Shown here one piece after another: positions 23,300 through 35,930 of a stretch of DNA of 64,000 bases. The stretch comes from Sphagnum compactum (taxonomy: Eukaryota). Below the pieces are notes generated by a model, which was not told the DNA's origin, searched no databases, and saw only the letters and a list, made by a program, of their open reading frames with translations. Location of the stretch: the NCBI GenBank assembly GCA_965153455.1, contig OZ234493.1, positions 23,054,213-23,118,212 on the forward strand. The letters run 5' to 3'. The translations under genes and the position numbers were made by a program. How positions within the stretch are numbered: the stretch's first letter is position 1; every line of letters starts with the position of its first letter.

Positions 23300-24951
23300 C
23301 AAACGAGATGCCCAGCGGTGCAGCAGGCATTCCGTTTTTTCCCACCATACTTGGCTGGTACCTGCCAGATACCCGCCAAATATCACATGGAAAATTTTAA
23401 AATTTTAAGAATTCATCAATTTTTTTAATGTTGTGTAAAGCCCTTGGAGGCGGACTTTACTGGATTCATGGCTGCCCTTAGCTCCACCTCAGAGGGTCCT
23501 TCATATTTGGTGGGGGTCAATTTTCGTTGGCTTGTGATTTTATTTCATCTACCTAAAATCCATAAATAGTTCATAAACAAATTCCCCATTTTCCAAGCTT
23601 TCTCCAAAAGAAGATTCAAAAAATTCTAGTTGGTGTCCTTTTTAGCAGCCTTTAATGTTTAAATTTCCATTTATTTTATTTAAATTCATAAAACCTAAAA
23701 ATATGTAATGTCAAATTTCAGTATTAGAGATATCCTACTATGTAATATTCATCATATATCCAAGCCTTTCCAAATAACAAAATACAATAAATTCAATTCA
23801 ATAATCCATCAGGATAAAATTATAAGTTCAAATGTCGTCTCTTTCAAATTTGTTCTCATATTCTTCTAACTCTTCCTCTAGAGCACTATCAAACTCACGC
23901 AGCTTTATCAAACTAGAAGTGAACTACAACCCATCTTTTCAATTCAATGCCTTTCCATTTCTTCAATTTCAATTTCACTTATGAATATTACTACTTCATT
24001 TTGCATTTCATAATTTTCATTTTCACCTAACCTTTCCATATTTCATACAAGTTCTCTACAAGGGAAATGATGGAGAAAATTCGAACAAACAAATATCCTA
24101 CAAAACTTGCCAATGATATTGTTGTTGCTATGCACACTTAAAAACTATGTGATGCAAACATTTACAAGCAAAAATAATCTATTCAAAACAAATGAATAAT
24201 GTGGTTTTACAGTTCAAAGTTTCCTGCCATGTGCAATGTAAGTTTAGTGCAATTTAATTTTTAAAAATCAAAATGTTGTATAATAAGCCCTCTGCAACAA
24301 CCACAAAATCAACAACAATAAACCATCCATAATGGGTGAAAAAAATTAAAATGAAAAAAAAACACATAGGTAATGACAAAAAAAGAGAACGAAAATAAAA
24401 CAAAAAAACAGCAAAAAAAGAACAGAAAAAAAAAAGAAAATACAGAAAACACATGAAAAAAAGAAAACACAAAAACAACAATACAATATAAGTAATGACC
24501 AAAAAATACAACAAACAAAGGAAACTGAAACAAAACACATACAAACAAACATACGAAAAAAGAAAAAAAGAAGAATTTTTAAAAATATATATGTACCTCC
24601 ATGTTGTCAAGAAATTTGCTTCCTCACTCTTCCCTACCTAGTCCACCAAATTAAGCAACAAGCAAGAAAGAAACAGTGGAGCTGGTGTTCAATTGTATGA
24701 TTAGGGGAGCACATGTATGGCCAAAGAGTGAAGCAACAAAGCAAAGAAGAATACAGAGCAACAATGGTGAGAAAGAAGATAGAGCATGGCAAGAAAGAAA
24801 GAAAACACAAGACAAAAGAAGACCCAACAAAAATGCGAAAAAAAAGCGAGGCCTGAGCTCAGGCCCCTTTATAACCCCTTGGATTTAGGGTTTTTAAGAT
24901 GATATTTGAGATGATATCCGGGTTTGATATTCGGATATCTGCCCAACACTG
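23300..24951 (-). mobile_element. Probable non-autonomous hAT derivative
   Basis: Ends in GCCCAACACTG like the 17-21 kb hAT, with ATATCCG/ATACCCG subterminal motifs and an A/C-rich interior. 5700-7020 has similar composition in the opposite orientation. Left boundary uncertain. Confidence 0.5.
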
Positions 24952-25537
24952 GAATATACCCATGCAACACACTACCAAATACGCATCTAAAAAAATGGAG
25001 ATAATGAATCAATCAGGATTTTTTTTTTCCTAATGTAAGTTCAACTAATTTTGCTAATTTTTGGAAAAATTCTCCAAATTTTCAATATCACAAATTTGGA
25101 AAAAAAAAAAAAAAGCCTGCCCAGATGGTCATTGCTGGATGAATGTGTGTATTCAGCATACATTCTGTGATGAAGCTTTGGAGGTGCATATTCCAACTCA
25201 TATTCACTCAATGTTCTCTGGGGCTCTTTGCTTCTTTCAAATACAAAATGAGGGATTGCAATGAACGGGAGCAGACATGTGCTTCTGTGGTTATCATCCT
25301 TAGAATACATCCAAGGTAGACCAGCTCCTACTCAATTCCTAACTCATGGACAAATCAAGATATTGACCAGTGTGGGGACAGGTATTTGATTTTGTCAATA
25401 ATCACCGATTATTTTAAAATATTTCAAAGCCAGGGAACTGCTGGTCCTGGCATTTTGCCAAAACAATCAGAATCAAAGAACTTTGTGCTTCAGTTCGATA
25501 TCTTGAAAGAATCTTTTAAATAGTGCACAAAGGGTAC

Positions 25538-28483
25538 CTGCACACGTTGCAACCTTGCTCCACCGAGTTCGCAACAAACCATAAGCACCATATCACTGAT
25601 GTCTCGAGCTGTATGCGAAAGTCATTGTTGTTGCTCGCCTTCCACTTTCATGATCCTTGGCCTCTCCATACCTAGCCAGACAGTGTATCCCTTGTTGAAG
25701 CTCCAAATTAATGCATTTGTTGCAGGACTTATTCAGAATAACAGTTTTCCAACTTATATACTCTGAACCTTGTCACACAGATATTAGTTTTAGTTTTACC
25801 TGTGGAAATGCAATGGTTTTTTTGGAAACAACAAGGACAGCAGCCTTTGCTGAAGACTCCACATATCTTTGCAAAAAGTCTGCACAACTGTTCACTGTAT
25901 CTGGAGACTCAAAGGCCTGCAAAAATGTTTATTGGGAGAAATATGAGAGGGGAGGGCCTCTAAAGCACAAGAAACAACTATTTATGCAATTGGACATCAA
26001 CATACTGAAGTTGTTGAAGAAATGCAGGAAAAGGAGATTCAGTGAGATGGGAACATTGTGAAGTTTGCAGCAGAGAATTGAAAAAAGAGGAGACTAGTAA
26101 CTACATCAATGATACTGGCTTGAGAAGCCAGAAACAAAACCTAAGAGCAGACTACCTCATCAATCCCAACAACTGGAAAAGAATTTTGAAATGTCCTTGC
26201 CTGCACAAAAGCGTACCCCAGGATCCACCTTTCCATTACTGTCATTCCATTCCTTGATGGAGGTCTCAATTACTTCTTTCACAGAACTCCAGACTTCTTC
26301 GCTGGTTCCTGGAGGAATTGTTCCCTGCAGCATCTGTATCACAAGACAACTCAAACCTCTTTCAATTGGTGAAAAAAGTAAGAGTAATGTGTAATGTATA
26401 ATCCAACATCAGAGCTCTCCGCATACTCTACTGGACCCCTGAAGTCTAACAGCACAATATGTTCTCCAAGATGCAGCAATTGGAGAACCAACAAATTTGT
26501 GAGCTTCCTGATGGTGGTGAGACCACAAGTGATCTGCAGGAGGGTCAAGTAAAGATGTGCTTACCACATCCAACTGCTGCTCCTCAGATGCTGTTGTAGA
26601 TTTGGATCCATTGACTTTCTCTGACTGCTTGTTGGATACTGTTGAAGCATTGTATGACTTTTCTCTCTCACAAGTTGTGTTAAACTTTCTATTTTTCCAG
26701 CAATATCAGCACTCTGGGGATCTTGCTTCAAGGCTTCATGATATGTTGCCAGTGCCTGCAAGCACATTCAAATGCTTTACCACTGATTCTTAATTTTGAT
26801 GTGCTGAAAGCACCCACACTGCTTGACATGTATAAACTTAAGAAACAGATTTACAAAATCAGGGTTGGAATGTCACAGATGGTTGTTGTGTCACAAAAGT
26901 ATGGAATGTCACCATCAACTTTGCTACAGGTAGTTTACCTCTTCAAAACGTTCCATAGCTTCCAATGCACATCCTTCCCTGAAATAGCCCTAACACACAA
27001 CCCCATTCACCCTGCTTTTGTTAGTCCAAAATTTAGAATCTACCTCTAGAAGCATGAGACCTTGTCCTGGTATAACAAACAGAGAAGCTTGAGCAGAGGG
27101 TGAAAAGATAAGAGCAGCAGGTGGGAAATATCACCTGACAAATGGGAAACAAACAGCACCTTCTCCCATGTAGGTCTGAGTTTGATTGCCATTTCAGCAT
27201 CTGCAAGTGATTCTGATAACTAAGTTTAAGAAAGCAGCAGATCAGTTGCTGCAGAGGAACAACACAGCACAAACATTCATGTTGCTTAGCTCCAATTAGG
27301 ACCATGAGTCCAAATGCATTCCATGATAACCTATTAGTAGTACTTTCAGGTAGAACCAGTTCACTTCCTGGCTTCAACTATTGCACGACTACCATCAAGA
27401 AATCATAACTGCAACAAAACACAGTTCAAAACCTATTCAAACTAAATTCATATGAGAAAGCAGAGGTCCAAGAAACTTGAAACTGAAGTTGGATTCTGCA
27501 TAGCCACATGACAAAGACAACTATTCTAATTTGGACGCTCCTGAAAATCATTGCTTGAAAACTGCAAACCACAATTTTCAAGCTGAGATCATAAAGACAT
27601 CAACACGACTATCTTTGCTGCGGAAGAAGGGAAAAGAATGAAGAGGTATCCACTGCCACTAGTGACCTCCTGTCTGTTCACATTTAGGGCCAATTCCTCT
27701 GTCTCAGAGGTGACTATTTCTCAATAGCTCTCACAGAGCCCGCTAGTCTCATTTTCTCCAGAGCTAATGCCTTCATGGTAGAGATCATGACTGTATTCCA
27801 AAAGCCCTAACCAGGACAACCTGGTTGCCGAAGTCATTCTCCGCACAAAACCAAAACTGTGGAAGCTCCCACGTTCTGTGCACTTTGGTGAACGGATTGA
27901 CGGACTAAGCGCCATTGCAACTGGTAACGACTTGCATATCCTTTGCAGGATTTGAACCAAACACCATTCAAAAGCAGGCCATTTAAACCTTCTCACTCCA
28001 ACATTTGCTCGATCCCTTAACTAAGACCAGAATTTCGACCTGACAGTAAACCACACTTAGATCCAAGCCAACAAAGACTAACAGCCTACTCGTTATGCGG
28101 ATGATCGTAACCAAGCTTCTTATTACTACTGCAACAAGCCAGCCCGCAACGAACATCTCGCATGAAGGCGAAGAAAGAAGATACTAAAAGATCGCAATTC
28201 GACTCCTCCTCAGCAGCAATCGTGACAGAAAAAAGGAACCTAAATTAGTGAACATTATCACAATTTTCAGCAAAAACAGAACCCGGAAATGTTTGTGGTT
28301 TTTTCTTTTTTTGTTGTTGTTGTTGGATCAGAGCACGCACCTGTAGACAGCGGCATTTTCAGGATCCGCTTTGATGGCTTGCGTGTAAGCTGCAGCAGTT
28401 TTGAGGTAAATTTTTTCCTTGAAGAGCGCCTTGCCTTGCTCCCGCAGCGAAGGCGGCGTGACCGCTGTTGGAGCTGCCTCCAT
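25538..28483 (-). pseudogene. TPR3: Unprocessed pseudogene of a TPR protein (Arabidopsis TPR3/AT1G04190-like)
   Basis: Exons with intact GT-AG ends: 28483-28341 (SLREQGKALFK..YTQAIKADPENAAVYS), 27248-27160, 26989-26939 (GYFREGCALEAMERFEE), 26755-26565, 26333-26156, 25916-25800 (AFESPDTVNSCADFL..IAFPQ), 25671-25538 (VWRGQGS*KWK..LWF). TGA replaces conserved Arg at 27242-27244 and 25648-25650. Exons 2, 4 and 5 (89, 191, 178 nt) break frame. The last exon is uncertain (possibly ~25205-25230). Confidence 0.88.
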
Positions 28484-28549
28484 CGCTCCCACTCTAACAA
28501 AGCACACGAGAAGAACGAAACGCGCCAGCAGCGCAGTGCAAAACACTCT

Positions 28550-29090
28550 CTGCAACTGACCTCGTGCACAAACCACATTATGGGAAACAGAATCCTCGTG
28601 GATGAACTTTTTCCCCATGCAATAGCCACATTATGAAGGTAAGATTCATGCCCTCGTGGATGAACTTACCTCGTTCTGAAACCGACCTACTGGACTAACC
28701 ACATTATGAGGCACACATTCAAGTCCTCGTGGATGAAATTACAAATTACCTGGTAACTACATGGTGTTTGCACAGATTCATGCATGCCCTCGTGGATGAA
28801 CTTATCTCTCCCTCTGAAACCAACCTCGCACACTAACCATATTATGAAGGAAAGATTCATGTCCTCACGGATGAACTTTACCTCCATCTCCAACTGACCT
28901 TGCGCACTAACCACATTATAAGTATAGATTCATGTCGTCATGGATGAACTTTACCTCACTCTGCAACTGACCTTTCACACTAACCACCCTATGAGGCACA
29001 GAGATTTATGCACTTGTGGATGAACTCACCTCGCACTGCAGGGCACTAACCACATTATGAGGCACAGAGTCATGCCCTCATGGATGAATG
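28550..29090. repeat. Degenerate minisatellite, 8 units of ~60-75 bp
   Basis: Core ACCACATTATGA..ATTCATGCCCTCGTGGATGAACTT; GGATGAA recurs at ~28599, 28658, 28731, 28794, 28869, 28942, 29017 and 29082. Confidence 0.9.
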
Positions 29091-30760
29091 TTTTCTTCAA
29101 AATAAGGGGCCTAGTAGGTCAAGGTGGTTGTCAAGTTCATTTTGAGCTTTACACAAGAGGCAAAGATTATCATGAACCTAAACATAGATGGATGTAAACC
29201 CTACAGTGAAGATTCATACATCCAAATATTTTGACAAAGTTTTTTCATGTTGGGCAAGACATTAAAGATATTTGTAAAATGGTGCCCAATTTATGACCCC
29301 AATTCATCTTCACTTGACCATCTCACTTTCACTTTGCAATTATCTTTAAAGGCTTCCAATCAAGGAAGGACCTAAAGCTCAAAACCAAGGACAAACTCTC
29401 CAAAGTTCAGATCATGGTTTAGCTTCAAATTGCACTTCCAAACCTTGTGCCTACCTAAAAGGTCTACCTACATAGAATAAGGACCTACCTAGGCTACCTA
29501 CTTACTTAATCTACTTACCCACCCACCTATGCTACCTACTTACTTTGGCTACTTGGGTAGGTTGGTCTTCACAAAAAGTGACAAACATGGATTGGGGTCC
29601 AAACTCAATTTAAATTTAAAAACATTGTGTGCAAACTTATAGACTCTAATTCTCTTTCAAGATAGCCTTCTTCGAAGAAAGTCGTGAGGAAACAAGTGAA
29701 AAACTAGTGTTTGCTTGATGTGTGAATCAGTTTTTGCAAGTTTTTGTAGTAGCTAGTGGGTATTGAGTAAGTGGCGAAATGTGAAGAAAGTTTTGTGACT
29801 CAAAATTATGTGTTATGTGTTCATTGTGTGGTGTTAAAGTTTTGAGTCCTTGAGTTTGTCTTTGTAGGTAGATGTCCATTTATGGAAAGGAAGGAATTGA
29901 AAAAACTCATCCTCTTTCTTCCTTTTGTTCTAAAAGAAGAAAATGGGTTGTAAAAGTGAGATTTCAATTTCTTTAAAATTTGTAGTAGAAGGAAGGTTTG
30001 TGGAAGGGAATCCAAACTTTCCCTTGGTCCTTTTGTGATTACAATAATCTAAATGCCTAAACTTTGAAGTTTAGATGGTACAAATCCAAAGTGTCTTTGA
30101 TGACCATGGTGATTAATTGCCTTATAAGGTTTGAATTGTAGATGTGTGGTGAAATATGTGTGTTGTGTAAATAGGAAACTTGTGGTTTAGAGGTTTGATG
30201 TCCTTATATGACCATTCAAATTAATGTGTGGTGAGGTGCGATGTTAAGGTGCGATGTTACACTTATTGATGGACCTTAAAGTTTTAAAGTTTGTTACATA
30301 AGGTGTAGTATATCCTTAATTTCTAAAGTGATATATTGTTCAAAAGTGTAAGATTAAGGTTTGTCACACCTTCAAAACTTTGGTGAAAACTAGGCAAGTC
30401 CCTGGCCATTTGAAGATTCATGTGGCGATGAAAGGGGGTAGTTGAGGGAATAATTGGAGAATGCACTTTTTGGCTTTAATGGCCTTGTGGGTGGAAGGAT
30501 GCCAATGCTCATGTGCTTATGTTCATGAGGAAGGAGCGCCTTGGTTTGAAGAGGTTAAAAAATAGAATTTAATTTGTTAGACTAGAACTAGTTTGGGCGC
30601 ATCTTATAATAAACCACATTTGTGGCATTTCAAAGGTTTACATTTGTTTTTAAATGATGAAAGGATCATGCTCTTCACCATTGAAGAATGGAATTAGGGC
30701 CATATTGTGGAGCTTTATCCTATTCATAATATGGAATGGTGGACCCCATTGCGAAAAACT

Positions 30761-30995
30761 AATTTTGACAATGGCAATGTGTGGGGTAGAGCCCTAGCCT
30801 GAGAGCATTCTCAAAACAAGGGGATTGACATGGCAACCAAATTTGACAAGGACAATGTGTTGGGGTAAAGCTCTAAGGTGAGAGCATTCTCAAAACAAGG
30901 GGAATTGATATGGCGACCAATTTTGACAAGGACAATGTGTTGGGTAGGGCCCGAGGGTGAGAACATTCTCAAAACAAGGGGAATTGACATGGCGG
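30761..30995. repeat. Tandem repeat, 3 x ~79 bp
   Basis: TTTGACAA.G.CAATGTG..GGGTA..TGAGA.CATTCTCAAAACAAGGG..TTGA.ATGGC three times. Confidence 0.9.
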
Positions 30996-31969
30996 TGGTA
31001 GAGTCCAACCCTATATTTTAGGAATATTCCATACATGTGGGCCTTTCCCAAAGTAAAGCACAAGGCAAACCTTATTGTAAGTCTAAACATATGTAGATAG
31101 TGAAGCCAATATGAGTAGGAAGGATCTTACCCTTACCATTTAGGAGTGCGAGGGAAGAAGTTGTGCCTACTTAGAGAAGTAAGGTTCCCTTCCGCTCCTC
31201 TCTCCTAAATAAAAGGCATAAAATCCTTTCTCATTTCTAAGAGTGATAGATACTCATGGAAACATAATGTGCTAGAAATTTCTCCAGAGTGCTTTACAAA
31301 CTCCCACATGGTCCGTAAAGTGGGGTCGGGGAGGGGGGAAAATGAACCAAGAAAAAGTATTCCATCCAACTGAGGGTTAAATTAAATTCATTGAGGAAAA
31401 TTCAAATTCGCTTAATTGCTGGAAAATATATTGAAAAATAATTACCTTACATAATAATAATAGTGGAAAAAGAAACTTGGTGGGAGCAAAGCAAGCAAAT
31501 CCGCACGAAAGATTTGGTGCATGAAGACGCATTCAAAAAGCACTGGGAGTTTGTTGACCTTGCAAGAGAGTGTACCACCACACGCACACTCTCTCTCTCC
31601 ACAGGCAAATTGATTTTGCAATCACATTCAAGTTAGTCAGGAGAGTCAAGTACTCCAAAAACAACCCAAAACATTTACTTTCACAGACTCAAAGATGCTA
31701 CTGTATGAAAAAGCAACACCTTACTGCAGTGTAAAAAAATCCCTGTCAGAAATTTTTTAGGGTATGTAGAGGTCCTGTTATAGACCACAATCTTATTTAT
31801 CTCTGCTAAGAGCAAATCTCCACCCCCAAAACCCTAAACAACTCCTTTATTTTAGAATAGAATACTTCTGTTTAATGATCATTGTCCCCACCCACAAACG
31901 TCATACAAGTCCCTCTAAACACCCAAAGACCAATACTGTCTTTACATCTGGCCAAGTACCTAATGCCCT

Positions 31970-32164
31970 AGTACCTTGGCCAATTCGACACTAATTATAC
32001 TATTTCCAAAAATGTTGACATTTTCAAAAATTATTTCTTCCAAATCAAAAAATATTGTGAAGGAAAGTAGTGAATATTTAGGAATATTTCATTTGTTGAA
32101 ATGAATTTTTTTTTCAAAATGAATTAATTATTTGACAGACATGTGTTGAAATGGCCAAGGTACT
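31970..32164. mobile_element. MITE, unclassified
   Basis: TIR AGTACCTTGGCCAATTCGACAC / GTGTTGAAATGGCCAAGGTACT (20/22); AT-rich interior. Confidence 0.72.
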
Positions 32165-32696
32165 CGCGTAGTCACTGTCCAAATCCATGGTAGAAAAAAG
32201 CTTTGAAAGGGGTTAAAATGACCACTGCAAAATGGACCATCAATACCGGGGAGAGCAGCAGGATTTGCACTATATGAAAAGGGGTGTTTGCAGGTGTGGG
32301 GGTGGAGATGCTCTAAGAGGCACGCATTCTGCTCCTTGCTGAGGAGTGGCTGTGTCCATGTAGCTTTTCAAAATGTGGCAAAGGAGGAGGAGGGGGCGTT
32401 TCAAGTTGCAATTTATCTGTGTCATGCTTTCCCTTCTTTTCACCCTGTGATACCCGGAGGGTATCAAAAAGTTCTGATCACTTGCTTGACAGGTTTTTTT
32501 GAACACATCAAGCAGTGCTTGCTTACTTCAGGAACGCCTTGCCCCAAGGGTGTTACGGAACATGTAGTAACTAACCCTTATGTGCAAGGTCCCTCCTCCC
32601 TTTCTCAAATTAATCACAACCCTTCCAAATTCTCCCAGATCCTTATTATGGCTGGCTAAGGATGGTGGAGAACCGGGCTCTACCCATCCTTTGGAC

Positions 32697-33184
32697 TAGG
32701 GTTGGCCGGTTATTTCCTCGTTTTAATAACCGGCTGGGTAGACTATTTTTTTTGAATGGTTTTGGGTCACACAGGTTATCAATATCAAATCCTTTGGGGG
32801 TTGCCAGGTAACTTACAAAATAAGTGTAAGAACTGATGGTTATGCATAAGGGTAGGTTATCCAATGATTGGTTGATGATCACCTGTTATCCTGCCAGTTA
32901 GTAGCCGGTTATATATTTAAAAGAATTAAAAATTAAATTTTTTTTCTAGTTTTATTTTATTGTTTTAGCGACTAAAGACTGATAACCTACCTGGATGATA
33001 ATGGCGTCATCCAGGCAGGTGATGAGAAGGATTCGGAAATTCCAATACCAGCGAAGAAGAGAACAGTCATTTAAAAAAAAACCAAGGAACCAGCTGCTGC
33101 CGAGAGGCTATCTATAACCGACATGATACCCGGGGTGATACCCGGGGTGCCCAACCTCAAACAACTGGCCAACAACCAACACTG
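32697..33184. mobile_element. hAT-type MITE
   Basis: Ends TAGGGTTGG..CCAACACTG; 8 bp TSD CTTTGGAC/TTGTGGAC (6/8); repeated ATACCCG/AACCGG subterminal motifs. Confidence 0.7.
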
Positions 33185-35611
33185 TTGTGGACCAAGTTTG
33201 GTACCTATTAACTAACTAACTAACTAACTAACCCCTCACCAAAAAATTGTGCCCCTTTAGGCCGGCCCCTTTGACCAGAGTAATTAATTAATCAATCAGT
33301 TTGCCATTTTAGTTAGGCCTTTGAATGAAGAAGAAGCCCACCTGAATTGAATGAAGCCCACCTTGAGACCCAGTAAACCGGATCCAAAGGTGACCACTGG
33401 TGGTGGTACCGGTTGTTTCTCTGACACCTAGACTGGACTGGACTGGACTGGACTGGCGTGCCTGCCTGCCTGCCTGCCTGCCTGCCTGCCACCGCCCGCC
33501 TGTCCGTGTTTTGTGGGTGGTTGCTAACCGCTCAGGGACCGTTATTAAATTTTCCAACAGCCAGGGTCTTTTCCAGTCAGAGAGAACTGGCGCCACAGGG
33601 AACCAGTACCCCCCACCAGTGCACCATAAAGGATGGATGATGATGGTGAGTGGTTCCAGAAAAAAAACCAGTTTTCTGTTGGGTTTCAGTTCCCTAGCTA
33701 ATTAACCAGGGTGGTGGTTAGCTCAATTATTCTGGTTTTTACTATCTTACTACTAGTTAGTGGCTTAGAGTGAACCAGCACCCACCCCATCCATCCACCA
33801 GTGCAGCATCACTCACTCACTCACTCACTGGATTTGCCTGTTTGACTCAGTTGTGGATGAATGTCCTGTCCTCATCTGAGTTAAACTCTGGTTTCACCTT
33901 GGTAATCCATTCTGTAAGAAGTAGGTCCTACATAGAGGTCAATATATAGGGAAATTTTAGGTGACTACTAGGTAAGTAGATCGTTTATAGAATATACCAT
34001 AGGTAAAAGGGCTGTTTTTACTACCTACTTACAAACAACTTGTTTGCCAAACAGGTTGTTAGTAAGTAACTCGGAAGAAAAGTAACTGAGCTAAACCACC
34101 GTGGTTAGCTACAGAACCAGAACTCAACAGAAAACTATTTACTGACCACTTATCATCCTGTCTAAATCATCTAGGTAATTTACAAATCCATTCCAAATTT
34201 TTATTATATCTCCATAATCAATCGTTTTGTAGATACCACAAATCAAATTATAACCCTCGTTGGATAGTAAGGCAATCCTATGATCTCATAAACCATTGTT
34301 CACAAAATATCAAAAGAACTGAGGTTTTGATATGGGTGAAAGGCATAGTTAGGAGGGATAATTTGGATTGTCGCAATCATAGTTATTTTTAAAATTTAAA
34401 AATCAATATTGTAGATGAACTTATAGTGTAAAGTCATTTCCACATTAACATTGTCAATTTTTTAATTATTCATATTTTTAATTATTATTAATAAAAATTG
34501 TATTAAAAAATATGAATGAGAGTTTTAAGAATGGACTCATAGTGAGCTTTTGAGTAGTGAGCTTTTGAATTAATGACACTTTCTCAACCGAAAAATAAAA
34601 ATTGACATCTAGACTCAGAAAAATGTCATAGTACAATCAGACATAGATTGTAGACTAGAACCAAAGGGTTCTTTAATTCTGAATTATTAATTAATTTCCA
34701 AAAAATTAATTGCCAGTTCTTTGCTTTAGATTTAAGAAAATCAGAAAAAGTAAATCAAATTACTGATTTTCTAAAATCAAATGACTGTCAAACACTGGAG
34801 TAAACCAGCACCCACCAGCACACCGTACAGGATGGATGTTGTGTGGATAGAAAACATATTTTCATTTTATTCCTGCCTTCAAGCTATCCAGTATAGTTAG
34901 CTATGTACTATCCAGTGTAGGGGGCAAGTATTTGATTTTTAATAACCGCCGGTTCCATGAAATTTGGAAAAAGAAAGAAATCAAAGAACCACCGGATTCA
35001 GGTGTTTGAAAGACTTTCAGAAATCAAAGAACCACCGGATTCAGGTGTTTGAAAGACTTTCGGAGTCGAGGAAGTGTTGGGTCTGGGCATTTGAGAGAAA
35101 TTCGGATTCGAAGGAACCGCTGGGTTTGATGAAAGAACCGGCAAAGACCCGACAAGTTTTAATGTCATTATTTGAGTTTTTTGAAAACTTGAGAACCATG
35201 GTTATATATATAATATCATAACCAGGTATTTGGTTTTTTTTTATAATCGCAATCAAACAACTTTGATACCCGACCTGATACCCAATGTGGGTTTGGTGCC
35301 ATTTCTAATACCCGCCCCCACTCGGGTACAATCCACATGCACTTAAGGTGCCTTGATTTTCTTCCTTTAGGGTTGGGGTGGGGGGAGGTTTTTATGGAAA
35401 AAAATTCTCTTGTTCCCCATGGGTTCCCATCATGTTCCCCATTTGTTTCTCATGTTCTCACTACGTTCCTCAACACATTCCCAATAGCATGATCTTTTTA
35501 TCCCATATGCTTTGGCAAATGTTGTCTTCCTCTCACCTATATAGACGGGCCAAAGAGAAGGATCTTGACCCTTCTTCATGTGTAATGTGCATGGTCTCAG
35601 TGACACTAAAG

Positions 35612-35930
35612 TTTATGTTGGCCTTGCATACTACCAAGGCAAGGATATTGTGTTTAGATTCATTATAGAGATTATGTAGCTTAAGGGATTTTGGCCACTT
35701 AATAGGTCTATTTTCATGAGGATTTTTGCAAGATGATATTATGGCTTGTGTTTAAACTTGAGATGAGTTATAGAGTTATAATATATTAAAGAATTTTGGT
35801 TTCTTTTAGAGGTTTTTTTGAAGATTATATTTTTGTGTGGTAAAATATTTGTGTTTCCATAATTCTTTTATTGCCTTAACATATGTTTTAATCTAAATGG
35901 CAAGGCCACAATGTCACACACCCCAAGTGT
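35612..35930 (+). mobile_element. Repeat family A copy 5
   Basis: TTTATGTTGGCCTTGC..GGCAAGGCCACAATGTCACACACCCC. Confidence 0.8.

Noticed and set aside
24254..24610. Hydrophobic F/C/L-rich ORFs, also at 5855-6576
   Set aside because: Translations of low-complexity T-rich transposon interiors.
27242..27244. U-to-C RNA editing rescuing the TGA stops in the TPR gene
   Set aside because: Such editing is organellar and could not repair the three frameshifts.
28550..29090. CRISPR-like array (conserved core with variable intervals); same thought for 46642-46775
   Set aside because: Intervals are homologous to each other, not unique spacers; no cas genes; eukaryotic context.
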